From positions 1 through 64,000 of the forward strand of contig DATMBG010000029.1 of NCBI GenBank assembly GCA_035559535.1: a stretch of 64,000 nt of DNA. Reading direction: 5' to 3'. The first letter of the stretch is position 1. Each line of letters begins with the position of its first letter. Source of the stretch: Candidatus Limnocylindrales bacterium (GTDB taxonomy: Bacteria > Moduliflexota > Moduliflexia > Moduliflexales > JAUQPW01). The translations under genes were made by a program, and so were the position numbers. Below, one piece after another: positions 51,081 to 60,917 of the stretch. Under the pieces are notes generated by a model. The model saw nothing but the letters and a program-made list of their open reading frames with translations. It was not told where the DNA came from and made no database searches.

Positions 51081-52346
51081 ATGAAGATCTCGATGTTTCA
51101 TCTGATGCCGTATCGGGATCTCCCGGTCGATTTTGAACGGCGGTATCATTCCGTATGGGTGGATCCCCCCTGGTGGGAGCTGGCAGATGCCCAAAAGGTT
51201 GGGCAGTATTACAACTGGACCTTGGATGAGTTGATTTATGCCGCTCAGGCTGGTCTGGATGGGATTTGCGTCAATGAGCATCATCAGAACGCCTATGGTT
51301 TTATGGCCAGTCCCAATTTAATGGGTTCGGTGCTGGCCCGGGCCACCCATAGTATGGATGTAGCCATTGTACAGATGGGATCGACCCTTCCCACCACGAT
51401 CCCCCCCATTCGCATTGCAGAAGAATATGGTATGTTAGATTGTATCAGTGGAGGCCGTTTAGTGGCCGGGATGCCCCTGGGTACCTCCATGGATGCTAAT
51501 CTCTGCTATGGGATTTCTCCCATGGAACAACGGGAGCGTTATTATGAAGCCCATGATCTTATTCTAAAGGCCTGGCAAGCCAAAGAAATTTTTGCCTGGA
51601 ATGGCAAGTATTACCAACTCCCCATGGTGAATCTTTGGCCCCGTCCCATTCAACAACCCCATCCGCCCATCTGGGTACCGGGTCTTGGGAGTCTGAGTAC
51701 CTGGGATTTCGTTACCCGACAGGATTATTGCTATTGTTACCTGAGCTACTACGGCAGTAAACTGAGTCAACGGATCATGGATGGATTCTGGGAATTTGTC
51801 GAAGTCCGGGGACTTGAGCCTAATCCTTATCGGGCAGGATTTCTGCAACTGGTGGTTGTTTCCGAGACAGATGCCCGGGCTGAGGCCGAATACTTTCCCC
51901 ACATTCGCTACTTCTACAACAAATGTCTCCATATTGCGCCGGAATTCTACCTGGCGCCGGGTTATCTGGATTACCGTAGTCTGGAAAATTCCCTCAAGAA
52001 GGGTTTTATAAAAACTCAGCGGGAGATTAGAGAGAAGATTCATCATTGGCAGTATAAAGATTTTGTAGAAAACGGATTGGTCATTGGAGGTAGTCCGATT
52101 TCTGTACGGGAACAGTTGGAAGAGGCGATCCGGAATCTCCGGGTTGGTAACCTAATGGTCTTATTACATATCGGTTCTATGCCCCATGATCTGACCTTGA
52201 AGAACATAGAACTCTTTAGTAAAGAGGTTTTCCCCCATCTGCAGGATCTCTGGGACGATCAATGGGAGAACAAGTGGTGGCCGGTTCAACTGCGTAAGAG
52301 GCGCCAACCTGTGGGTGGAGCCTCCAATAGTAAAATATCTTTTTAA
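51081..52346 (+). CDS. luciferase-like flavin monooxygenase (LLM)
   Basis: NEHHQ, PIRIAEE, SGGRLVAG, PRPIQQPHPPIW. Confidence 0.92.
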   Translation: MKISMFHLMPYRDLPVDFERRYHSVWVDPPWWELADAQKVGQYYNWTLDELIYAAQAGLDGICVNEHHQNAYGFMASPNLMGSVLARATHSMDVAIVQMGSTLPTTIPPIRIAEEYGMLDCISGGRLVAGMPLGTSMDANLCYGISPMEQRERYYEAHDLILKAWQAKEIFAWNGKYYQLPMVNLWPRPIQQPHPPIWVPGLGSLSTWDFVTRQDYCYCYLSYYGSKLSQRIMDGFWEFVEVRGLEPNPYRAGFLQLVVVSETDARAEAEYFPHIRYFYNKCLHIAPEFYLAPGYLDYRSLENSLKKGFIKTQREIREKIHHWQYKDFVENGLVIGGSPISVREQLEEAIRNLRVGNLMVLLHIGSMPHDLTLKNIELFSKEVFPHLQDLWDDQWENKWWPVQLRKRRQPVGGASNSKISF

Positions 52347-52359
52347 AGGAAAAATCAAG

Positions 52360-53157
52360 ATGATAACGGTGAAAGAACAAACTGTGAAGGTGTGGGGGGA
52401 TCAGATTCAATCCCGGATTAAAATGGCAGGGGAGGGATCTCCCCTGGTTTTCTTGCATAATGCCTACGGCCTGGTTTGGGACCCATTCCTGGATAGCCTG
52501 GCTCAACATTATACGGTCTATGCACCTGAACATCCCGGGACAACACCGGGTAACTCCGAGGCCATTCGATTTTTAGATAACCTTTGGGATCTGGTGCTAT
52601 ATTATTATGAACTCTTTGACCAACTCGGCTTGCAAGCCCCGGCCGTTGTAGGGCATTCTTTCGGAGGTATGGTGGCTGCTGAGGTGGCCGCCACCAACCC
52701 GGATCGGGTGAGCCATTTAGTGTTAATCAGCCCCATAGGGTTATGGCGCGACGATACGCCGGTTAAGAATTGGATGTCCATGGCACCTGAAGCGGTGGCC
52801 AGAGCCGTCTTCTATGATCCTGAAGGACCCTTGGCAACCCGATTTCTGTCCGTGCCGGACGATCCCCAGGCCCAGGTAGAGGTCCAGATTCAGAGGATTT
52901 GGACGTTGGGTTGTACAGGTAAGTTTGTCTGGCCTATTCCAGATAAAGGACTTAAGAAGCGTCTGCATCGTATCCATGCACCTACTCTCATCATCTGGGG
53001 CCAACAGGATGGGCTGGTATCCCCCGTCTATGCTCGGGAATTTGCCCATTATATTGCCCATGCCCGGGTAGAGATCCTGGATAAGGCAGCTCACATGCCT
53101 CACCTCGAGCAGCTTACAACCGTTTCCCATCTGATACGAGATTTCTTACAAAGATAG
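52360..53157 (+). CDS. alpha/beta hydrolase
   Basis: GHSFGG nucleophile elbow, WG.QD, AAHMPH; ATG 52360 after AAGGA. Confidence 0.9.
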   Translation: MITVKEQTVKVWGDQIQSRIKMAGEGSPLVFLHNAYGLVWDPFLDSLAQHYTVYAPEHPGTTPGNSEAIRFLDNLWDLVLYYYELFDQLGLQAPAVVGHSFGGMVAAEVAATNPDRVSHLVLISPIGLWRDDTPVKNWMSMAPEAVARAVFYDPEGPLATRFLSVPDDPQAQVEVQIQRIWTLGCTGKFVWPIPDKGLKKRLHRIHAPTLIIWGQQDGLVSPVYAREFAHYIAHARVEILDKAAHMPHLEQLTTVSHLIRDFLQR

Positions 53158-53176
53158 GAGGAGAAAGTCCAAAGGA

Positions 53177-53603
53177 TATTACCTCGTAAAGTTAATCTGG
53201 ATAAATCCTTAAAAGCTCCGTCAAGAACTGATTGTTTAGGGTAGGTCCAACGTCTCGTTTGACTCCCCCAGAAGCGATCTGGGTTAGATTTGTTCCGAAC
53301 CAGTCGTACTCCTCGTGGAGCTTTCTCTCATAGGGTTGGAGAACTGTTTTGCTACAGGCAGATTCCCCCTAGCGGGGTTTTTAAGGTACATTGAAACTAA
53401 CCTTACAAGGTATTATTACCTTGTAAGGTTAAATTTAAATAGTTATTCCACCCTCACCCCCAACCCCCTCTCCCGAAGCCTCGGGAGAGGGGGTTCACCT
53501 GGAGCCGGCCCGGAGATCTTCCCGCTTCCTTCTCCGACAGCGTGGGAGAGGGGCCGGGGTGAGGGGGAAGAGGAGTAACCGGAGTTAACTTTACAAAGTG
53601 CTA
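53177..53603. mobile_element. two abutting MITE-like elements sharing a TA junction
   Basis: TIRs TATTACCTCGTAAAGTTAAT (53177) / TAATACCTTGTAAGGTTAG (rc, approximately 53397-53415) and TATTACCTTGTAAGGTTAAAT (53414) / TAGCACTTTGTAAAGTTAACT (rc, 53583-53603). Confidence 0.6.
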
Positions 53604-53646
53604 CCTTATAGGAAAGGTTTGAATCTATAAGAAAGGAGAAAAAACT

Positions 53647-54639
53647 ATGACCTCTGCAACGATCTATAGAGATACTCTGGACTATTTTAATACTTATCCA
53701 GAAACGAAAATCATACCCCTGGATCCGAGACTTAAAGCGGCATTGGATGCCGAGCCATCGGTTTCGTTGCTTTGTCAGCTACCGGTTGCCGAATTTCGTG
53801 CAGCCCGAGAGAAGATGATGCTGGCGAGGCCGCGACTCAATGAACCGGTGGCAAAGGTTGAAAATCGAACGATTCCAGGTCCAGTCGGGGAGATTCCCAT
53901 TCGAATCTATACCCCTCAGGGTCAAGGGCCCTTCCCGGTTGTAATTTTTGCCCATGGAGGAGGTTGGGTCGTTGGCAATCTGGAAACCCATGATGATATC
54001 TGTCGCTCCTTATGTTATCGATCCAGAAGTATGATCCTTGCGGTAGATTACCGAAGGGCTCCTGAGGCCAGATTCCCTATTGCTCTGGAAGAAACTTACG
54101 CCGCCCTGCGATGGGTAGCCGAACATGCTGGTGAAATAGGTGGGGATGCTAAACGACTCGCCGTTGCCGGGGATAGTGCCGGCGGTAATCTGGCTGCTGC
54201 GGTGGCTTTGTACTCGCGGGATCAGGGTGGGCCCAGACTTTCCCTACAGGTTTTGATCTATCCGGTGGTCAACTATGGGTTTGATACGGCATCCTATTAT
54301 CAAAACGCCGAAGGTTATGGCCTCACACGGGATGTGATGATCTACTTCTGGAACAGCTATCTGTCAAGTCCTACAGATGCCGACAATCCCTATGCTTCGC
54401 CACTCCGAGCCAAGGATCTGAGTGGATTACCCCCTGCCCTGATTCTCACGGCCCAATACGATGTACTTAGAGACGAGGGCGAGGCCTATGCCGCTCGTCT
54501 CAAACAAGCTGGTGTGTCTGTCCGTCTCACCCGCTATCTTGAAATGAACCATGGTTTTATCGGACTTGGTGCCGTATTGGAGCAGTCCCGGCGAGGACTT
54601 CAAGAGATCGGTGAGGCCCTACAATCGGCCTTCCGTTGA
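53647..54639 (+). CDS. HSL-family esterase/lipase
   Basis: HGGG, GDSAG, D.LRDEG, HGF. Confidence 0.93.
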   Translation: MTSATIYRDTLDYFNTYPETKIIPLDPRLKAALDAEPSVSLLCQLPVAEFRAAREKMMLARPRLNEPVAKVENRTIPGPVGEIPIRIYTPQGQGPFPVVIFAHGGGWVVGNLETHDDICRSLCYRSRSMILAVDYRRAPEARFPIALEETYAALRWVAEHAGEIGGDAKRLAVAGDSAGGNLAAAVALYSRDQGGPRLSLQVLIYPVVNYGFDTASYYQNAEGYGLTRDVMIYFWNSYLSSPTDADNPYASPLRAKDLSGLPPALILTAQYDVLRDEGEAYAARLKQAGVSVRLTRYLEMNHGFIGLGAVLEQSRRGLQEIGEALQSAFR

Positions 54640-55299
54640 GGGGGACTTTGGGAAAAGAGGGACGCGGAGATGCGGAGACGCGGGGACACGGAGACAAGGA
54701 GGGATCGGACTACCTGGGGGAAGGTCGCTTGTTGTGGCAAGACCACCGAGCGTAATATTTCCTGTGGTACCGGTGGTCGTACCATGCGCCGGAAAACTGC
54801 TTGTAATATCGGTGGTGGTACCACCTGGAATAACCCGATTAACTGTTGCAGTCCCCCCTAGCGTAATGGTACCGGTCGTTCCAGTTGTTGTACCACCGGC
54901 TGGAAAACTACTGGTTATACCCGTCATGGTGCTGTCGGTGGGAACCCCGCCCGTTATCCCTGGAATATTCCCCCCAGGGCTAATACTGGGTATCCCGGTA
55001 GTTGTGTTACCCGGTGTACCTCCGTGGATGATATCTATTGTTGCACTTGCCGGATCGGTGCCTCTGGGTGTTCGAGTTATTATCTTGTCCAGGATAAGAT
55101 CCCCCTTTACACTCGCAATAGTATTTTCTACGGTCCTGTTGCCGGTTGCACTACCGGGACTACTTCTAACTGGGCTTTCCATCACGTTGGGATGACTGTC
55201 TCGTGTGATAATCCCTACTCTTCTCGTATCCTGTGCGATCCCATGGGTACATGCTGTAGGGATTATCAAAGCCAGTATCACAATCCACCATTTCTTCAT
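54619..55299 (-). CDS. putative secreted/lipoprotein with Thr/Gly-rich internal repeats
   Basis: MKKWWIVILALIIPTAC; duplicated ITSSFPA.GTTTGTTG.ITLGG; GGGAG upstream. Confidence 0.55.
   Translation of the reverse strand: MKKWWIVILALIIPTACTHGIAQDTRRVGIITRDSHPNVMESPVRSSPGSATGNRTVENTIASVKGDLILDKIITRTPRGTDPASATIDIIHGGTPGNTTTGIPSISPGGNIPGITGGVPTDSTMTGITSSFPAGGTTTGTTGTITLGGTATVNRVIPGGTTTDITSSFPAHGTTTGTTGNITLGGLATTSDLPPGSPIPPCLRVPASPHLRVPLFPKSPSTEGRL
54660..54700 (+). repeat. short tandem 8-mer repeat (GA(C/T)(G/A)CGG(A/G))
   Basis: gacgcgga gatgcgga gacgcggg gacacgga gacaagga; related inverted unit at approximately 32274-32317. Confidence 0.65.
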
Positions 55300-55701
55300 A
55301 AGAAGGCGATTCTCCCTTTTTAAGTTTGGAATTATAAAGATTTATTCTTTAAGAGGCTCTATCTTATTTCATAATAGCTCCTTATTCAAAAAGGAGCTAC
55401 TTTTTCTTCAGCCAGGGGTTTCCGGTTAAGATTGATTCCAGGGCCTATGTGATTAAATCTTCTGGCAGAGGGATTCGGCTGATTCTTGAGTTTACCTGTC
55501 AGGGCTTTAAATTGGCCCTTACATGGGATGTTTGAATTCCAGAATAAATTTTGTTTGAGTCGGGTCTGAGAGAATGAAAGGACCTTTCTCCTAAAAACAG
55601 GAATATAAAAGTCACTGTACCACCCCGTAAAAGTCATTTCTTACCTTTTGGTTTGAAAATATTCCCTATAGGAATCATCTTTATCGATAAGGGGAAGAAT
55701 T

Positions 55702-56262
55702 ATGCCCATGAATCATTCAGTTACACAAGTAATTATGCAGAAGACTTGCTCAGGATGCCGGATGATGGGTTTCGCTATGAGCTAGTCAGGGGAGAACTCA
55801 TAAAAATAGTACCGCCGGGAGGCGAACGCGGAAGCGTTGTCATGAATATTGGGAGTGCTTTCCATCAATTTGTGAAAACGAATAACCTGAAGATAGTTTA
55901 TGCAGCAGAAACAGGCTTTCAGTTAGAGCGTAATCCTGATACCGTTCAAGTGCCAGATACCGCTTTTATTTGTCGAGAACGTGCGGAAAAGATAGGAAGA
56001 GTTACGGGATATATACCAGGAGATCCTGATCTAGCTATAGAAATTATTTTTCCTAGTGACACTTATAGCGGAAGTCGAAGATAAAGTCTTTAAGTGGCTG
56101 GATAGGGGCACACGAATGGTTATTGTAGTCAATCCTCGCAAGCAAGCAGTCAAGATCTATCGCTCACGAACTGATATTCTTGTGCTAACCGAAAATGACA
56201 TCCTTGACAGCGGTGATGGAGTACCGGGATGGACGATACCGGTAAGGGAAATATTTGCATAA
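55702..56262 (+). pseudogene. Uma2-family endonuclease, two frameshifts
   Basis: AEDLLRMPDDGFRYELVRGEL, PDTAF, PDLAIEI; apparent -1 near 55735 and +1 at approximately 56067 (DTY/AEVEDKV). Confidence 0.8.
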
Positions 56263-56357
56263 CAACCTGGCTTATGAAAGTAACTCCTCACTTGAGCCAG
56301 CTGGAGGCTCCTCTACGTTATTTTGAAACGTTTTTAAAATAACTCTTGAAGTTAGCT

Positions 56358-56954
56358 ATGAGAAAGATAAAAACTTTTATTTTTAAGCAACTGTGTAACG
56401 GAAAAATAAGCTGTAATCCAGAGGTTTTAGAAGCGGTTTTGGAAATTGCCGTAGAGATAGCGCGGGAAGGAAGGGAAGGTAGAAGAATTGGGACTATCTT
56501 TACCGTAGGAGATGAAAAAGAAGTCTTGGCCCGATCCAGGACTTTGATTCTGGATCCTCTTTTGGGGCATCCCAATGAAGTCAAAAGAGTAGATAATCCG
56601 GACATGCGTGAAACAATTAAAGAGCTGGCGCAACTGGATGGAGGATTTGTCATATCGGGAGATGGCGTGGTTTTATCGGCAACCCGATATTTTAACGCAA
56701 CTTCTACAGGACTGGATCTTCCTTTAGGTTTGGGAGGTCGGCATGTTGCAGCAGCTTCGATCTCTAAAGAAACCAAAGCTATTGCCATTGCGGTTTCAGA
56801 AAGTTCTGTGGTTCGAATCTTTAAAAATGGAAGCCTTGTTGCGGAAATTCTTCCTGAACTCTGGTTACTCAGTAAGTATGATATTCACTTAAAACCTCCC
56901 TATACGGAAAAAACCGTTCAAGGTATGGCCATTATCACTAAAGAAGAGGCCTGA
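56358..56954 (+). CDS. stand-alone DisA_N (DAC) diadenylate cyclase-like protein
   Basis: EIAREGREG..IGT.F, KELAQLDGGFVI, GLGGRH.AAASIS, AVSES. Confidence 0.8.
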   Translation: MRKIKTFIFKQLCNGKISCNPEVLEAVLEIAVEIAREGREGRRIGTIFTVGDEKEVLARSRTLILDPLLGHPNEVKRVDNPDMRETIKELAQLDGGFVISGDGVVLSATRYFNATSTGLDLPLGLGGRHVAAASISKETKAIAIAVSESSVVRIFKNGSLVAEILPELWLLSKYDIHLKPPYTEKTVQGMAIITKEEA

Positions 56955-57057
56955 TTTTTCCTGTTTTCTTCTATTTTATTGAAAAGGATAAGGTTAGCCC
57001 AAATAGCAGCTCTTACGGTTTATGTGGTGTTTCAATCACTCTAAAGAGAGTCTAAGG

Positions 57058-57918
57058 TCATACCGTTGGCCCATCCCCGGCAATGGTCGTTCGGTGCATA
57101 ATTCTTCGATACTTTCGCCCGTCCCAGGGTCGACCTCGGTGCAGGCAACAACGGTTATCCCACATGACGAGATCTTTGGGTCGCCAGGTGTGAGTATAAA
57201 CAAATTGGGGTTGGGTGGACCACTCCAGGAGTTCTTTCAACAGAGCCCGCCCTTTCTCCACTGGCCAACCTACAATATGTGAAGCATGGGAGCCGATGAA
57301 GAGGGCTTTTTTACCTGTCTCCGGAAGCGTACGCACCAGGATCTGGGGGACCGGAGGGAGTTCGTCTCTGAGAGCCTGGGTTATCAAATGGGGAGCAACC
57401 TGACCCCGTGAATAGCTATAATCGTGTATGGCTATGAGACCCTCCAACAGGGCCTTTTTCTCATCGGGTAAGGCTTCGTAGGCCGCCCGGGTGCTGGCGT
57501 ACTCTGTTTCGCCTCCCTGGGGTGGAACTTCCCGACCTGAGAGTATGGAAGCCTTAGCGGGTATTCTTTTGAACGAACTATCTGAATGCCAGAGCATATT
57601 ACCGGAGAGATAAATCATCTGATCGGAATTTGGTGGTATGATTTCACCTTTCTCATTTACGTTGGAGAGGACAATGACCGGACCCCCTCCCCCGCTATAA
57701 GGATTGCTTTTGACACTGGACTCGAGAGGTCCGAATCGTCGACTGAAAGCAATCTGTTGCTCATCGTTAAGGTCTTGATCTCGAAAGACCAATACGGAGT
57801 ATTCATAAAAGGCATCTTGTATTTGTTTAAAAATATCCTCCTCCAAAGGCTTTCGGAGATCAATTCCAAGAATCTCTGCGGCAAAACAACTGCCCAGTTT
57901 GTTAAGAATGATACCCAT
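57058..57918 (-). CDS. TauD/TfdA alpha-ketoglutarate dioxygenase
   Basis: WHSDSS (HxD), GGET, WDNR..LHR, MHRTT. Confidence 0.93.
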   Translation of the reverse strand: MGIILNKLGSCFAAEILGIDLRKPLEEDIFKQIQDAFYEYSVLVFRDQDLNDEQQIAFSRRFGPLESSVKSNPYSGGGGPVIVLSNVNEKGEIIPPNSDQMIYLSGNMLWHSDSSFKRIPAKASILSGREVPPQGGETEYASTRAAYEALPDEKKALLEGLIAIHDYSYSRGQVAPHLITQALRDELPPVPQILVRTLPETGKKALFIGSHASHIVGWPVEKGRALLKELLEWSTQPQFVYTHTWRPKDLVMWDNRCCLHRGRPWDGRKYRRIMHRTTIAGDGPTV

Positions 57919-57979
57919 GATAGCTTCCTCCTCAGGTTAATGTCGTAAAGGAAAAATTCCCCATAAAGTAAAATTATTT

Positions 57980-58492
57980 TTAACGTCGCAATAAGAGACA
58001 GGTGGTAGTACCATGTGCATAGAGTTTACCGTTGGAATCCGTCAGGCGCCCTTCGGCAGTGGCCGTTGTCGTACCCAGATGAATCACCATTCCTTCACAG
58101 CGGATGAGTCCGGTGGTTGCAGTCAGTGGGCGCACATAATTAATCTTAATTTCTAACGTGGTAGATCCTACCCCAACCGGTAACCGGGAATATATCGCGG
58201 ATGCCATGGCGGAATCCAGCAAGGTGGCTGCAAAACCTCCGTGTACATTACCAACGGGATTATAGTGGTACTCGGCAGGTTCGGCTTCAAAAACAACCCT
58301 TCCTTCGCTTACTTCCACCAGTCGTCCATTCATTAAAGAGAGGATGGGGGCTGCCGGTAGTTCACCATCTTTTATCCTTTTTAAGTGTTCAAGACCTCCC
58401 AAACTACGTCCAATTTCTGCGGTTATGAGTGGATCTTGCCAGGTAAAGGTTTGTTGTCGCGTAGGATAATTCATAAGTCTTTCTTGGCTCAT
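57980..58492 (-). CDS. PaaI-family thioesterase (start uncertain)
   Basis: YNPVGNVHGG..TLLDSAM, TLEIKINYVRP. Confidence 0.88.
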   Translation of the reverse strand: MSQERLMNYPTRQQTFTWQDPLITAEIGRSLGGLEHLKRIKDGELPAAPILSLMNGRLVEVSEGRVVFEAEPAEYHYNPVGNVHGGFAATLLDSAMASAIYSRLPVGVGSTTLEIKINYVRPLTATTGLIRCEGMVIHLGTTTATAEGRLTDSNGKLYAHGTTTCLLLRR

Positions 58493-58595
58493 CAGGTATC
58501 CATTCCCAATCTTCTCCACTTTTCTATCCAAAATCAGAAAAACTCTGGACTCCTTTTTGGAGAGGGTTTCTTGATCAGAAACCCTCTAGAAACTT

Positions 58596-60245
58596 CTAAT
58601 GTGTTGGATCATTGGGGAGAAATTGAGGAGGTTTGCGATATTTGGTTGCCTGCTCAAAGGCATATGCGATTTTGATGAGGGTAGGTTCACTCCAGGCCCC
58701 ACCCATGAAGGAAATACCTACAGGAACACCAAAAATATAGCCAGCAGGTACCGAAATATGGGGATATCCTGCTACGGCTGCAACGGAGGGAGCCCAATGT
58801 AGCGTTGCCCAGGGTGGTATCAGGTGATCTCCCAGAACCAGGTCAATGGGCATAACAGGCCCCAGCGTAGGTGCCACAATCACATCCACATTGTATTTTT
58901 TCAAGGTGGCGTCCAACCCCTCATCGGCAGCCAGTCGATGACATTCTTTAACGGCTTCCTGATAGGCCGGGTCTGTTAAGGGTCCTCCTTTCTCCTCGGC
59001 GAGTTTAAAAAATTCCTGTTCAAAATAAGGCATCTCCTTGTCTTTGTTTCTTTCATTGAAGTCAATGAGGTCCTTCAGCGTCTGGGGACCCGTGGACGAA
59101 CGTTCCTGGAGATACTTGGCCAGATCGGCCTTTAATTCATATAAAAATATGGTTACTTCACATCCACCGAATTTTCCTGCCGTTTCGATGTTAGCTGGAT
59201 CTACAATAATAGCTCCCTGTTTTTTCATCACTTCAAGGCTTTGGTTGATGAGAGCATCAACTTTTTCGTGATAGCCAAAATAGTTTCGAGCCACCCCAAT
59301 TCGAGCTCCCTTCAAGCCGTTGGGATCCAGGAATTGGGTATAGTCTGTGTAGGATTTTCCCTTAGAGGCTTCGGTTACAGGATCCCGGGGATCCACGCCG
59401 GTCAGTGCTCCAAGAACAATTGCTGCGTCGGCTACGGTTCGTGTCATAGGCCCGACGACATCCTGACTGTGGGCCCCAGGGATAACCCCAGATCGACCAA
59501 CCAGACCCATGGTCGGTTTGATTCCCACAATGGAGTTTGCAGAGGCCGGACAAACAATCGATCCATCCGTTTCAGTTCCAATGGCTGCCGCGACCAGATT
59601 TGCTGCTACAGCCGCTCCGGATCCTGAACTGGAGCCACAAGGATTTCGGGTCAAAATATAGGGATTCTTGGTTTGACCCCCCCGGGCACTCCAGCCACTT
59701 GAAGCCCGGGTTGATCGAAAATAGGCCCACTCACTCATGTTGGCTTTCCCTAATATAATGGCTCCCGCTTCACGGAGTTTTTGGGCAACATAGGAGTCCT
59801 GCTTTACAGGAATATCGACCAGTGCATAGGAACCCGCTGTAGTATGCAATTTGTCGGCCGTTTCGATGTTGTCTTTGAGAAGTATGGGAATTCCATGTAA
59901 CGGACCACGAACTTTACCCTCACGACGCTCCTGGTCCAGTTGATCCGCTATGGCCAAAGCATCGGGATTAACCTCTATAACTGAACGGAGGCGGGGTCCA
60001 TTTTGATCGATCTCCTCAATACGCTTTAGATACATTTCAACGATGGAACGGGCGGTATATTTACCCGTCTTCATTCCTTCCTGTAACTGAGCAATGGTCA
60101 CTTCTTCCAGTTCAAAGGCTTGAGGGACTGGGGAGAAGAAAATGACAAAAACAAGTCCCATTACAATTCCTGAGAGAGGACAGGATAGCAAATCCCCAGG
60201 TCTGATTCTAAGATAATAAAACCACCTTTTAGTATTATAACTCAT
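58596..60245 (-). CDS. secreted amidase-signature enzyme
   Basis: GPLHGIPILLKDNI, CGSSSGS, GTETDGSI; hydrophobic signal segment; ATG 60245 after GGAGG. Confidence 0.92.
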   Translation of the reverse strand: MSYNTKRWFYYLRIRPGDLLSCPLSGIVMGLVFVIFFSPVPQAFELEEVTIAQLQEGMKTGKYTARSIVEMYLKRIEEIDQNGPRLRSVIEVNPDALAIADQLDQERREGKVRGPLHGIPILLKDNIETADKLHTTAGSYALVDIPVKQDSYVAQKLREAGAIILGKANMSEWAYFRSTRASSGWSARGGQTKNPYILTRNPCGSSSGSGAAVAANLVAAAIGTETDGSIVCPASANSIVGIKPTMGLVGRSGVIPGAHSQDVVGPMTRTVADAAIVLGALTGVDPRDPVTEASKGKSYTDYTQFLDPNGLKGARIGVARNYFGYHEKVDALINQSLEVMKKQGAIIVDPANIETAGKFGGCEVTIFLYELKADLAKYLQERSSTGPQTLKDLIDFNERNKDKEMPYFEQEFFKLAEEKGGPLTDPAYQEAVKECHRLAADEGLDATLKKYNVDVIVAPTLGPVMPIDLVLGDHLIPPWATLHWAPSVAAVAGYPHISVPAGYIFGVPVGISFMGGAWSEPTLIKIAYAFEQATKYRKPPQFLPNDPTH

Positions 60246-60917
60246 ACTTTCCCTCCTTCTGTCTGAAAAGTTTTCTAAAACAAGCATCCTCCCTTTCCTC
60301 TTTGTTCCAGGCTATTTGGGAGAAGTCCAGAGAACTCAGCCCGTTTGCAGTACTTACTGAGCCGGTCAAGGAGGCTGTGGACGGGGAGGTAGGGCGAAAA
60401 TGCCATCTCATGGATTGTTTACCTATACGAGATAGTATTTCACTTTACGCTCGTTGGGTCTGCTCCCTTACGATGGTAGCTCAGGTCCGGGCCATAATCA
60501 TAAGTTAATTACTCACTGTAAATCTCTTTTTTACTCTACCCATCCTCCCTTGTCAAGGGAAAAGGTTCTTGTAGTAACTGTAACCATTTAGTAGGGGTCA
60601 CTTTTTCTGTCTGAACACCCCCCTGGCCCCCTCCAGGGGGGTGTTTCTTTTTCTACCTAAAGTCAAACGAGACGTTTAACCTACTAAATTGATACGGATA
60701 CTCCTCGAGATGATGGATCAAAAATTGTAGTTCTTCATGGGATATGGTATCTATATATGTATGAGTTTCTTTATCGTATAACTCTATCATAACCGTATTT
60801 CCTTTCTCTACTCTATTTCTTGAACCTGCCCAAAAGCAGGACGAAATGGTATTTTACTCTACAACAGGGATAAGGAACCCGGGTTTTCTGCTTCTGTTTG
60901 GGTCTTTGAGATAGTTT

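Noticed and set aside
54660-54700. CRISPR array
   Set aside because: 8-bp tandem units without spacers; no cas genes or regular repeat-spacer pattern anywhere in the window
54551-55195. 214-aa plus-strand ORF
   Set aside because: Antisense mirror of the Thr/Gly-repeat gene, which has the signal peptide and SD
60288-60560. Structured leader/ncRNA upstream of amidase
   Set aside because: Possible TTGACA-N17-TAAAAA promoter and small hairpins, but no recognisable RNA family
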